From Lama glama (Eukaryota), in the NCBI GenBank assembly GCA_028534125.1, contig CM052818.1, forward strand, positions 22,508,001 through 22,572,000: a stretch of 64,000 bases of DNA, written 5' to 3'. A model generated the notes under the pieces. It was not told the DNA's origin, did no database searches, and worked only from the letters and a program-made list of their open reading frames with translations. Positions 10,881 to 23,795 of the stretch are shown in pieces; the stretch's first letter is position 1, and each line of letters starts with the position of its first letter. The translations under genes and the position numbers were made by a program.

Positions 10881-13167
10881 GCCAGCCAGCCCTGCAGTCT
10901 GGCCTCTTCCCCCATAGCTTGACAAGAGGAGGGGATCTACTGAGGGTAACAGTCACAGGACAAGAACCACAGCCATCTCCCCTCTTTTTCACTCGTCTCC
11001 TTCCTGGAGGGCGAGTCCTCAGTCCCCTGTCCCTCCTTCCCTACCTCCGAGCTGCAGCCCCCAATCTCAGGTAGGCCTCCTCCATCTCTAAGGCCTCCGG
11101 GAAGTGGGGCATGGTGAGGGCCAGGCCCAGGAGAAAGCACCTTCTCACAGCCCAAACCTCCAAGCTGCCCAGGGTCCAGCCTGGCAGGCTAACAGGCAGC
11201 CCAGGGTATCCTTCCCAAGTTTACATGGTGTTTTGCTGTCTCTTCTCTCGTCCCTCATTATAATTCCATTTCCCCAACCATGTCAACCATGTCCTCTTTT
11301 CCAATCTGTAGGAGTATGGAAGCAATTGACCAATTTTGAAATAACGCAGAATTCTTTACACTCTTGCCTAATTTTCACCTCCCTGGACTGTTGACTTCCC
11401 CAACCCTCAGCTCAGCCCCAGGCAAGCTTATTTTCCTTGCTGTGCTTCTTGTTTAAAAAATTGGGAATGGAGTCAGGATGGAGAAACAGATTGGGAATTT
11501 GACCTGTTTCCATCGAGATGCCTGCCCTCCACCTCTTCACTGGAATCCACACTGGGCCGAGTGTGAGAAGGCACTTTCCGAAGGGAGCCATCACCCTCTG
11601 GCCTCCCAGCCCTCCGCCTTGCACCCATCCCCAGGGTGTGTGGGGGGCCGGTGGAGGGGGCTGCATCCCAGGGTAGCTGCTGAGGCAGACTGAGGTCAGA
11701 CATGCTCCAGGGCCCCCACCCGCCAGCCCTTACACATACACCCAGTGACAAGGATCATTAGCCACGGTGGTGAATGCCAAAATCACTCATTGGCCCCAAC
11801 CCAGACTCCAGGTGGGTCATGGAAGCAAGGGGGCCGGTGAATGGAGCTTGGGATGGGCAGGAGATCCAGTTCCCGCCTCTGAAAGGCTTTACAACATGCT
11901 GATACAAAGAGATGAGACTGACAAACGTGAGTCATTTAGAAACAGAATAAGATGTAGGAACTTGAAAGCTGAGGTTCTAGAAACAAGTCCTATCCATGTC
12001 TGCAGGGACCCAGTGGTAGAGCCTAGAAGGTCTGAGAGCACTGCTGCCGCAGGGGGAGTGGGTGAGGGAGAGCAGCCTGGGGAGCGAGCCCGTGGTGACC
12101 ATTGCATACAGAGCACCCCCCAAGCACCCAGTCATGAGACTGTGTCTCAGTACAGTGGCCAGCCGTGACCAGCTGTGGCTGGAGTGGGCTGGCTCCTCTC
12201 AGGCCCCCTGGGGGAGGCTGATTCTTGGGTTTTGTTTTGGGAGAAGCTTAAACTTCAAGGCGGGTTATAAGCAAACACCTGACTTGCCTAACCATGAGCC
12301 CCTTGTTGTGACAGAGGCCCAAGAACACCCAGTGAGATGAGGACTGAAAGGGGGACCAGGTGGGGCCAGAGCCAAGGGCCCCTGCTGTGCTGGAGTGGGG
12401 ATGGGAGATGTGAGCTTTCTTGACTGGGGAAGGACACAGAGATAAGTAGAGACAGAGATTTCTGGGATAACAGAAGACGGTCCAGGAGATACTGAGTCTC
12501 AAGGCCAACTGCAGAAAAAAACCCAAACTTACTTCAAGGGACCCCAAAGGCCCCAGTGTCCCTGATTAAAGAGCTATGGTTCCCTCCTAAGACTCCTCTT
12601 CCCATCCCTTCAGCACCAAGGGTGACTGAGAAGGCTTGCTCCAGACCCCCTCCACTGAGCCCCAGCATGGAGGCCAGAGCCCCTGGAATCATTCCCAGAT
12701 GCACCCCGTCCGGGGGGCCCCCAATCCACAGCCTGCAAGGGCCTGGGAGGAAACCAAGATTGTGCCACCCAAGATAAAGGTTTCCGTCTGATTTTGTGGT
12801 TCAGCCGAAGTCGTGTTCTTAATTGTCCAAATAAACAGTTTTTAGCCTGGAGGCCAGGATGTGCCAAAACATGCCACTTCCCTCTCCAGCACCAACTGGG
12901 TGCTATGGGCACCATCCCATATTCTAAGTCACTGCCAGCACTAAACTGCCCAGTGGGCCGTGGTAGCCAGCAGGGAGGGCAGGCTACCAGCTGCGTGACC
13001 CCAGGCTTCAGGACATGAGGCAGGGCTGGGCAGCAGGACGTCCCCTGCCAGGGAGGTGAGTCCTGCCCTCCCAGCTGCACCATCACCCACTGCTGACCTT
13101 GCTCAAGCTGCTGCTTCCCACCAGGCCTTGGTGTCTACATTGTAAAGTGAGAGAGGAGGGCTGGTAC

Positions 13168-13341
13168 CATGCTTCTCAAAACCTGTCCCCTTCAGCACGA
13201 GCATCACTCGAGAACTTGTTAGAAAAACAAGTTCTCAGGCCCCACCCCTACTGAATCAGAATCTCTCGGTTTGGACTCAGAAATCTGTGTTTTAGCAAGG
13301 CTTCCAGGTGATTCTGATGCCAGCTAAAGTTAGAAGATCTG
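13168..13341 (+). mobile_element. MER5A-like hAT DNA transposon nested in a MIR (MIR flanks ~13090-13167 and 13342-13370)
   Basis: 'gcttctcaaa...gagcatcactcgagaacttgttagaaaaacaagttctcaggccccacccctactgaatcagaatctct...aatctgtgttttagcaaggcttccaggtgattctgatgc'. Confidence 0.9.
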
Positions 13342-16300
13342 CACATTTCCGTCCAGCTCTAATATTTAATGAGCCTTATTTCTTTTACCCCAAAGAACTA
13401 GTTACTTCGCAGGTTATGTTATACCCTTGAAAGCAGGACCAGCCCTTCCCTTGAGAGAGACTGAGGGCTCAGCCCTCGTCCCCAGTTCCAGCCCGGCCTG
13501 AAGTTGGCGTCATGAGAGCTCTGGGCTCTGCCTGAACTCAGAGCTTGGTCCTCCCATGATCTGGAATCTGGCCTGGGACCAGGACTCTGGATTCTGGGTG
13601 TGGCCTGGGATATAACAGCCCAGAGGAGCCAAGTTCAGTCAGTCCCAGTGGCCATCACATGGCAGGAGAGCCTCATTTCCAGACAGACTATCAGGTCAGC
13701 TCCACCAAGAGATTTGGAAGGGACAAAGAGCTAAAAGGAGGGCGATGCTAACTCCAGGATCACAGGCGTTATGATTAGAACAAATGTTACTTCCTTGCCG
13801 CCAGCCTGCACACAGAGAAAAAAGCCCTAAGGAGAGGCCCCTTAGGGACACCAGCTGTGAGTGCACGCTTTCTCTGCGAGGAACCTCCAAGTGCAGATGA
13901 GGCCTCTGGATCCACGGAGGGCAGTAAGAGGCTTCCTCCCTGACTTAGATTCAAGCCCAAATCTGTCCACAGGAGCATCCTCAGACTTCTGACTGTCCCA
14001 GCATGGTGGCCTCAGCTGAGCGGTCTTCAGTAGCTGGTTTCCTGGGAAACACCAGCTCTGGAACTGGCACAGGCCAGCTCACAAATGGAGACTGCAGGGC
14101 AGGCCCAGGTTCAGGAGGGCCAGGCCGCCCAGCCTGTCCTAGAGTGCAGGGGGACCTGGGGGCTGGGCCCAGAAACAGAGGGGACGGTGAGCGGGGACAG
14201 GAATCTGAGACAGAAGTGAAACAGACACAGACTATCACAGCCTAACAGGCCCCTTGGGCCCCTCTGGGTGGCTTCAAGGGGGCCGCTCTCCGGTTGGCAT
14301 AGCCAGACCTTTGGTTCCATAGGTAATACTTGCCTCCTGAGCCCTGGGCCACTGAACCATAGGGCCTGTTTTCACTGAAACATGTTTCCCCCAAATATCT
14401 GGGGCCTGTGATTAAGGTAACAGAGTGAGTTACTAGCACAAAGGGAAGAGGCAAGGCTGGGAGAGGGAGGAGGGTGGGCCGACCAACGGACACATCTGTC
14501 ACTAATCACAGGGAAAGGCTCAGACCAAAACTCATTTCGGACCCAGAGCCTCTGGGCCTGTTTTGGGAAAGTTGACTAATCCCATAATCCTGCCCATCAG
14601 GCAGTTTTTCTGCCTAGCTTCCAAGTGGGAGTGGGAGAGAGGCCTGGGGGCAACCGTCCGCTGAGGAATGTATCCTCTTAAAGGGGAAAAGCCACCTTAG
14701 TTGGGCTTTGTTCCACAGAGGTCTATGGTTTAGGAGTGTCAGTAGCTGGGCCTTGATGGCAGTGCCAGTGCTGGGTGGAGGCCAGCCCTCGAAGCAGGGG
14801 GTGAGGAGAGGTCACAAGGGGCCCTGCAGGACCACTGCCACCTCTCTGGGCCTGCTACTCAGATGTGGGCTGGGACCAGCAGCTCAGCCTGGCCAGGGAG
14901 CTGTTACAAATGCAGGCTCTCAGCTCCCCCACACCCCCAGCCTGCTGCACTGGGCCTGGGAGACACCTTCCTCCCTGGGCTGCTGGGCCACTTAGGGGAT
15001 GGAAACAGCACAGCCCCCTCCTCCAAGAACTGCCAGTCCTTTCACAGTCCTGACAACTCAGGTGGGAAGTGACCTCAGCTTGTCCACATCCCCAGTGCCG
15101 GGGAGATCCCTGTTCAGGGCAGAGACCCTCGAGGCAGCAATCTGGTACCCGTGTAGACTCATGCACATGCCAGTCCACACACAATCACACGCACATGCTC
15201 CCCCCACCCCACAGTGACTTCAGTGCACCAACCCAGCAATACATAAATGATAACAATTTAAAACCAGAGCCTCCTCAAGTCACAAAGTAGCCAAGTTCCA
15301 GGCAAGTTCTGTGCAAACTAGGTTTGTCCCTCTGATCACATTTTCTCTTCGTTTGATATGAACATTTCAGAGATGTGTTTGTTTGATGCTGGTGGGTGGG
15401 GGGATTTGAAATGAAAATATGTATTTTTAAAAGCACACTTGAAAGGAATCTGAAAAGGAATACTTTTCAGATCATATACAGAAAATAACAGCCTTATAGT
15501 CAAACCTCACCAGTCCCACTCAGGGAGACCTCTGCTACAATGAGACCCCAAACTATTTCCTCCTGGTCTGTGTCTGCCAGTGAGGCGTGGGAAAGAAGAG
15601 GCATCTCCTAGGCAATTTTTTGTAAAGGGCTTAAAGTCAGCTTCTTCCTGTGAGTGTCCCATAGTGATCCCAGCCCATCTCGTCCTGGGTCTCTTACAGA
15701 GCGGGCTGCATGCGCTGTCTCTTTAAAAGTGTGGCCTGAGAGTCTGTTTACCAAGATGTTTGTTTGGGTCTCAGTGGGAGGAAAGGAAGAAGATAAAAGT
15801 GGGTTGGGATACTAGAAAGACAGAAGACCAAAAAAAAAAAAAAAGAAGAAGAAGAAGAAAAGAAACAAAGAAAGAAAAAAAACCCTGAATGCAGAAAAAG
15901 CAAGATAAGAAAAGCTAGGTTTTGAGGGAAAATTTATTTTTGCAACAAGGATTCCAGTCCCCCAGGGACTGTTTCCACCCAGCAAGTTCATCACCAGATG
16001 CGTAGGCTGGTCAAACACAATTCAACGGATGGAGCCTGGCCACTGAGGGCCACCTGCCCAGTTCAGGCTCTCGGCCAAGGGGCTGGCACTGCAGCTCCTG
16101 GGAAGGGTTAGGCTGAGGTTAGAAGGAGGACAAGGTGAGAGCAGCCTGGAGACAAAGCTGGCAGCTGGGCCTGTGGGAGGGACCAAAGCTCCCAACCTGG
16201 GCTCTGGGTACGGGCACCCAGGATCCCTGCACCTTTGTGTGGTGGACACATGGGCACATTTAGGTCAACAGTACCCCGGAGAGAGAACCTGCAGCTTTCA

Positions 16301-17798
16301 CAGCATCTCACAGGCTCCCCTGATGCCTGGGACCAGCAGCTGGGATCAGGCCTAAATCAAGCCCCCTGAGATGTTAGGTGGGCTGCAGGAACCCTCTGCT
16401 TTAGATGTGCTGGTGAATCTGCTTCCCAGAAGGAGGAAGCCATTTCCAGTGACCACGCAGAGAAGTACAATGAGAGCTGTCACTCCAGGCAAGACCAGAA
16501 AAGAGCGAGGTTTTGAGATGTTGTTGCCAGAGTCCAGAGTCCAAAGATGGTTGACACTGAGTGAGCTTGTGGGACAGGGAGAACCCTCTAGGCTTGGACC
16601 CAGTCTCTGGTGAGTCCGTTCTGGATACCAAGTAAAACTATCCACAAACAGGATGGACACATGGCACGCACATGCGCACACATGCACAGATGTCATCCAC
16701 TTTCCTCACCCAGCCCTCCTGGACTGCAGGCTCCCTGCAGAAACGGATCTGCCCACACTGGCTCCTTGAAGCCATGCCTCTGCAGGGAGGACAGCTGAGG
16801 GCTATGGGTCATGCTGAGGACACTGTCTAGCCCCGCCTGGACAGGCAGAGGCCACCAGGACCTTCTCAGGGGACAGCTGGGCCCGGACGTTCCTGGAGCT
16901 GGACCCCAGAATTTTTCTTCATGTCATATTCTGAGGATTCAGAAACAGCCTCTAAGTGGGATTATCCCATCATGGCTGCTTTAAACTCTAGCTGCACCAG
17001 CTCCAAAGCATGTCCTGTCTCCTGGCAGTGCGGACGAGGAGGAGGGCGGTATGGGGCAGAGATTGGGTCAACTTCAGGTCACAGGACGGAGGCGGTCATA
17101 TCTCCTACTCCCCCAAAGACCCCAGCCCCTAGAGTCCTGGCCCTTGGGATGTCAGGGCACCTCTGTCCCCACTGCCACGTGTCACAGGAAGGACTCCCTA
17201 GCCAGGGAAACGTTGCAATTTTTGAGATCAAACTCCACTCACCAGGAAACTAGGTGAGTATACTTGCCTCAAAAACTCAAAGTAAAATGCTGCAGCCTGC
17301 ATTCTGTTTGATTTCTGCTAGGGGAGCCAAGGGCAGTTTGCTTTTCACTTAAAAGGTTATTAGATGTGCTTCTTGAGGGCAGGGGCCATGTCACACATCC
17401 CCAAAGGGCCCCTTCAGCGTTGATGTCAAGCACAGAGGCAACTTAATTCTGGCATGTTGATCACAAAGATGGAAAGATGGGCAGATGCACAGGCTACATC
17501 CAGCCTTTCATTTTGAGCTCTTCATGCCAGCTAGTTCAGAGGGAAGAGGCCAAAAGAGAGGAGAGCTGTTCAGAGGGAGTCAGGGGGCCCTTGGGGGGTG
17601 CCCCTGGGGGAAGAAGGTACAACAGTAAAATATCGATTCGTCAAATCAAAACCCCTATAGCCCTGAAATCCCTGCAGAGCCTGGCAAGGATTCAGCTGAA
17701 CTGTCCACTTGCTCTAAACTTGCTACAGGCTCCCATCCTCCTGCCCAGCTTTTAGGATGCCCCTGTCAGGCCACCTCTTGTTAAATAAACCTGCCTTT

Positions 17799-17820
17799 GT
17801 GTGTGTGTGTGTGTGTGTGT
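17799..17820. repeat. (GT)n microsatellite
   Basis: Perfect GT run seen directly. Confidence 0.95.
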
Positions 17821-20800
17821 CCCGGAGGAGAGAGAATGGGCTGGGGGAGGGGAGGAGGATCCGTTTGTCAAAATAGACCTCCTGAATGCTTTTAAGGGCC
17901 TGCAGTTTGGATGAGTAAATATTTTCCCTTTCAGATGAAAGGTGCAATCATCGCCGTTTTTTAATTACTTTAATTAGAAAAGATTGCCTTAATCTTTTAC
18001 TTATCTGTACTATTGTGGGAACTGCCAGAAAATGAAGTGCAGGGAAAACAGGTGGAGTTTGACCTTTGCTCTCAGCATCTTGAATTTCTTCTTGGCTGGT
18101 AATTAAGAAGAATCAGGGGAAGTTCCTTGTAGAATCTAGGAAACGCAAACACACACACAATCGTGGATACCAGGGCACGCTGGCTCTCTCTCTCACACAC
18201 ACATTCACACGTGCACACAGGCGCTCTCATGCACGTGTGTACACATGAGTGGAAAGGAAAGTGGACCCCAATGGGGCAGATCAGAAAGTTCCAACTTTTG
18301 AGAGCAGCGTTCCTGCTCCAAGCCCTGAGGTGGCTTAATGAGTTTCCCAGGGTGGCCTAAAATGATTAATTAAGCAGACAGCTCCTCACCCCCCCCCAAA
18401 CAACGGAAACCCAGTAACGGTCTGTTTGGGGAGGGAGCAGCAGGGGCCCCCGACTCCAGGGGTGGTTGGGGACGTGGTGTAAGAGCCAGGAGCCCCAGAT
18501 AAGGGATGATAGCAACGGCCTGTAACGGCCACTGAGGCTCACCCCGCCCAAGCGCCAGCTAAAGGGCCTCCCTCTGCTCCTGGCCTCTGGCCTCCTGCCC
18601 TGTCCAGGCGCTCCCCAGCCCAAGGGGACCCTTGGCAAGATGACAGGCATAGTTGTCTCTGGCCTCCCTCCCATTTAGGAGCCCTCCCCTTGCCCATTTC
18701 TACTGTGCACCATGCCTGCGCTCGTAGCTGAACACTAGGAAGGGATTCTAGAGCCTGCCTGGGTGTCCAGAGCCACAGCATGGAAGGGAAGGGAACGGGA
18801 AGAAGGTGGCAGGGGTCCTTGGGGGCTTCTCTCTCAGATCACCCACGTTGTGGGGAACGTACTGTGTCCTTCAGAGCTGTCAGGCCCCCCCAGAGCCCAG
18901 CATTAGCCATTCACCGACTCAGCAAACAGACTGATTACTTCCAGTGTTCAAGATACCGTGGTGAGCAATGGTATAAAATGCAGACTCCTGGGGCCCCAGC
19001 CATGGGGATCCAGATTTTGTTGCCTGAAAAGAGTCCTGGAATCCAGGGGATGCTTGGACATAAGCAGAGCTCAGCACTCATGTGTCCAGCGGCACCTCTG
19101 TTTTCTGCATCTATAACCTGGACCGGCTGCCTCCAGAACCCTATGGATGTTTCTCTTGGAAGACGCCCCAAGAATTCAGCTGGGGTGTTGATGTTGTGTC
19201 CTCTTTTCCACAGACAAGAACACGGCCTTCCTTCCCAGACAGGCACGTTCCCTGGGGCCTGGGACAAGAGCAGGACAAAGGTGTCTCTGGCATAAGGAAC
19301 ACCCAGCTGTGGGTTTGCAGTCTGTCCTGGGCCTTGGAAACAGGCCTTGCGAAGGGGATAGGGGCACTGAAGCAGGCCCAGGCCCAGCCAGCCTGCAGGT
19401 TGGGAGGAGATGGAGGCGGAGGTATGGATCGGGCGGAGCCAGGAACAATGTTTTCTTTCTCAAATGCTCCGGGTGCTTGGGTTGGATTTCCAGCCTTGTG
19501 TTTACAGCATCTGCAGCCGCGTCCCCATGACTGCGTCTGTCTGTACCTGTGTCTTTCTCTACAGGTGTCTGTCTGTGTTTGCGTGTTCTATCTGAGTGTC
19601 TGATCACACCTGTGGGCGTTCGTCTCTCCGTGTCTGGAGGAGGCCTTCTGAGAAAAATGGCTCTGGCTTCCACTGGTGTGAGCTCTTCCACCTCAAAACA
19701 TGGCTAAAATAAACCTTGCTGAAAAAGCTTTAACAACATTTTTTTTTCCCTGTCCCTGGCATGGGCAATAACACCAGCGGGTCTCCACGGTCAATTTAGG
19801 AAGCTTGGGAAAACACTGCTTGTAATTAAAAGTCTAGAAGGGCCTCAATTAGGGCAGTGTTTGCCCTGCCAGGCCTGTTCCCAAACCCCGCTCGGCAGCA
19901 TTCCTCTCCTGGCTGGAAAAAGCCTTTGATTCGCACCAAATGTTCAGTGGCCACACTGGACCGGGCCTTGGCACTGCCTCTCCTGCCAGCTGCTCAGGGC
20001 ACAGGCGGGCCTCTACCCTAAGGCTGCGACCTGAGACTTTGTCGGGCGAGGCTGGAGGAGCAGCCCCCGCTCTCCGCACCCGCCTGACTTCCCAGCCCCT
20101 CCGTGATCCTGAGCTCCCACTCTCGCAGGCACGGACCAGTCCACCCAGGCGCCCACTCCCTACCCGGGGCGGCAGTGTTCATTCCAAGAATGAAAAGCGG
20201 TATATGTTAAGCCCATCTGAGGATGAGCCAGCTGCAGTCACTGTGGAGAGAGGCGGTATTGAGGTGCAGCAAGGGGCACCCCAGTGCCTCTTCTTACTCT
20301 GCAGAGGCCACCTCCATCTAAGCAGAAGCCTGGCCGTGAGCTACAGCCACCTCAGGACATGCAGCCAGAGGGCTCCAGGTCCCCGAGGACCAGAGGATGC
20401 AGGGCCCTGCTGGGAGGGTAGGGAAATAGGGCAAACCTCTGACCTCTTGAGTCCCAAGGATTAGAGACAAGGACTGAACTGGGACAGGGCCCAGGGTGCT
20501 GTTTGTCCCCCCCTTTTGGTAGGGGTGGGATAGCCCATGGCAGAAACACAGGGATCAAGAGTGTTGCCTCCTTCCTGGGGAAAGGCTCAGGGTGGGTGGG
20601 AAAGAGAAATGCTGAGTCAGCTCTGGAGCAAGCCTCTTTTCCCGCCCAGGACACACACACACATGCACACGCACACGCACACGCACACTGAGGCCACAAG
20701 TGGGCCCTTGGTGTCCCAGATCACAGCCACCCACACACTCACATTCTTCCACAGGCTTGTACCAACACCCACTCACAATCATGGACGTGGCCACAGTGGG

Positions 20801-21989
20801 ACACACAGCCACTATAACAAAGGCCAGTCAGCCCCAGGCAAAACTGGGCTGCCCTCTAGGGTCCACCAGTCGTTGGCAGCCCCCAGCACCTCTTGCGAGA
20901 GCAGAGGCAAACAGCGAGGTGGGGAAGGAATCACTGTGCTGGCAGATGGTCTGTGATGCAATGCCAAGGTCAGGTCCTCGACCCCATTGGCCATGGCCTG
21001 GGGGGTGGGGCAGGAGAGTTTGGAGAAACCTGGAAGAGGGCAGCCTAGGTGTCCACCCCAGCTCTGCTGATGCCCCAAAGGGAGGGACTTGCCCCAGCGA
21101 CCGGGAATGGCAGGGGAAGGGTTACAGGCTAACCAGAAAAAACAATTACTAACGGGAAAGGCAGCACATTCCAGCCCTGCTTAGCAGGGCCGCCAGGGCC
21201 GTGGGTGGTTCTTGGATTATGCATTTCCTTGAAAACAAAAAAGAAAGTTCAGGGCAGTTCAGCTGTGCCCTGAATCTCACTCTGGGGCCTTTGTCTCCAG
21301 CCCCCTCACAGCCCGCGTGCCCGCACACACGCACGCGATCCCTCTGGCCCAGCCAAGTGTCCACGGGAAAGTGGGAACATTAGTATGACAGAAAGCTGGC
21401 AAGAAAAGTTGGGGGAAGACTAGAAAGAAGAACTGAAGCAAGAAAAAGGACAGGGTAGGGAGTAGGGACCCCAGAGAACTCTCCTTGCCCAGAAGACTCT
21501 ATTCTGCGGGTTAGGTTGTGGGGAAAGTATGTTGACTCACTCAGCAAACCTATACAGAGCTCCTGCTCTGTTCCAGACACCATGCCACACACTGGGGCAT
21601 CCCCGAGGGGTTCCTGTCAGGAAGACCCGGTCTCTTCTCCCCAATTCTGTCTCAGGTCCAAGCACTTGTCTATCTATGCAATCTGGCCTCCTGATAGATC
21701 CTGGTTACTGAATTCAGACTAAGAAGTGGGAGCTGATAAGGCTGAGAGACAACCCCCCCAGAGTGGTTTACTTTTTAAGGAGGATGAGGATGGTGGTGCC
21801 TCCCTGTGGAAGAAGAGGAGGGGGCAGCCATCTTGCCATAAACATGGGAACAGAATCCAACGGCCGCTGAGTCTGACCGGACACGTCCTTCTCCCCTGAT
21901 CCCTCACCAAAGTCCGTGAGGTGTCAGCCTCCCCGCTGCAAACAGGGAAACGGAGGCTTGGCGAGGGATGGAGGGCCTCACTCCAGCCA

Positions 21990-22315
21990 CTGCACAGGCT
22001 GCCTCCTCCCTGGATCTCTGTCTTTCCTCAGATCTCTATGTGGCTAGCTCGTTCTTATCTGTGAGGTCGCAGCTTAAACACTGTCCCTCCGAGAGGACCT
22101 GTCTGAACTCCCGTCTGAAGAGCTCTGCCGGCAATCCCTCTGTTCCCTTCTGATTTCCTGTGTGTTTATCTGAAGTCTGTCTTGCTAGCCAGACTCTCAC
22201 CTTCTGGAGGGAAGGGCTTGAGTCTGTTTCATTCACCACCTTTATCCCAGCTCCCGGGATAGTGCCGAGCACACAGTAAGTGCTCAATAAATGTTTGTGA
22301 AATGAGTAAAGAAAT
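21990..22315 (+). mobile_element. L2 3' end
   Basis: 'tcgcagcttaaacactgtccctccgagaggacct...ggagggaagggcttgagtctgtttcattcacc...gcacacagtaagtgctcaataaatgtttgtgaaatgagt'. Confidence 0.9.
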
Positions 22316-23795
22316 GAGCGGCCACATAGCTCAGGTAGGTAGAACCAGGTCAACTTCCAGGCCTCCCCTCCCATTTGTGTTTTCTCCTCCATCAGACTCC
22401 CTCCAGTAGGACAAGCTGAGCAGGATGCTCGGGGCTTTTCCCTCCCAGCCCTGGCCTGGATAGAAAACAGCCCAAACTTAAAAAAATAATAAATCAGATT
22501 CCATAGCTGGACTACACGTTGCTTCTGCAAGGCCCAGATGCCTGGTCCGACCAGGGAACTGGATCTCCAGTCTTTCGTTTCTCTCTGTGTGGAGTCTCCA
22601 GGGCACAGAGGTGACAGGGAGAAGCACATGTCCGGAAAGAGGAACCTTGAGCTGGTGTCGTTTTCTACTCCCTGTCCTTTCTGTGCTGTTGAAAAGAGAA
22701 TTTACTTCCCTTCTCATTTTCCTTTTTGCATTTTTCAGGCTGCATGCGAATTGTTCCAGCCAAGGGGGTGGTGGTCCTCAGGGATCTGTCGCCAGGCCTC
22801 AGCTTCTCTGAGTCACTCCATGGAAGTCAGGCAAGGCCTTGGGACCTCAGTTTGCTCCCCATGGACGCTCTCCTCCCAGACCTCAATGCAATCCCATTTT
22901 TCACATGGTCTCCCCTACTTCAGCCAGGCACTGCTGGAAGAAAGCCTCGAGGACAGGGCTGTAAAGAATCTACATGGCAGCTGACATGGCCAGTTTTCCT
23001 CGCTCGGCTTCCTAATGATGGCGATGCTGCAGTGGCAGGCTGCTAGAGGTCCGCCCTGTCCCACAGTCCTGTGCTCAGCCAGACTCGGACGCAGCAGGTT
23101 GCCCATCCGCTTTGGTACCCTTGCCCACCCCGTCCATCTCTCCCTCATTTCTGTTGCTGATATTCCCTCCCCCTCCTCCTCCCCACTCCTCAGCCCCTCT
23201 GTATATGGGGTGGGGAGAGTGCCCCAAGCCTCAGTTCTGGCCAATGAGACCTGCCCACCGAGGTGGAAATCATTGCAATAATTACCAAGCCTCCTTGGCG
23301 GCGCTGGTGGGGGTGGAGAGGCAGAGGAGACAACTAGAGCCTGCCTAATGGGCCGGTGAGCCCCCACGTCTGACAAAGGCCACTGCTCCCCAAGCATCCT
23401 TGAGGCAAGAACAGAGAACTAGCCCCTTGTCCTTTGGAGGTGTTACAAAGCCTGGGACCCAGCACATTCCTTGGGACAAGAGAAATGGAGGCTCAGGGAG
23501 TCCAAATGAGGAAGGCCAACTCCCAGCCCAGAAATGGTCTAGCCAGGGAGGTGGGGTGCCCCAGGGACGCCCCAGGGGCCTGCTGCATCACACCATCCCT
23601 TCCCATGCACTGGGCTCCCACCCAGGCCTCTCCCTTGGACAGCTGGGTGGGGGGACCATGAAAGGCCTAAACCACACAGGCTAGAGGGGCTGGAGATGGG
23701 AAACCAGCTGGTCCCCATCCTGTTTCCTCTGGAGCCATTTTGTCCTCAGTCTAGACCTCTAGGTGTAGCCTGTCCCCTCTTCCTCCTCCTTCTTC

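Noticed and set aside
18780..20464. Several overlapping 170-aa ORFs on both strands
   Set aside because: Low-complexity P/G/S/R/L-rich translations in multiple frames and strands, as expected by chance in GC-rich DNA. No recognisable domain.
22036..22629. 197-aa minus-strand ORF
   Set aside because: The C-terminal half (FHKHLLSTYCVLGTIPGAG...) is the typical antisense translation of an L2 3' end.
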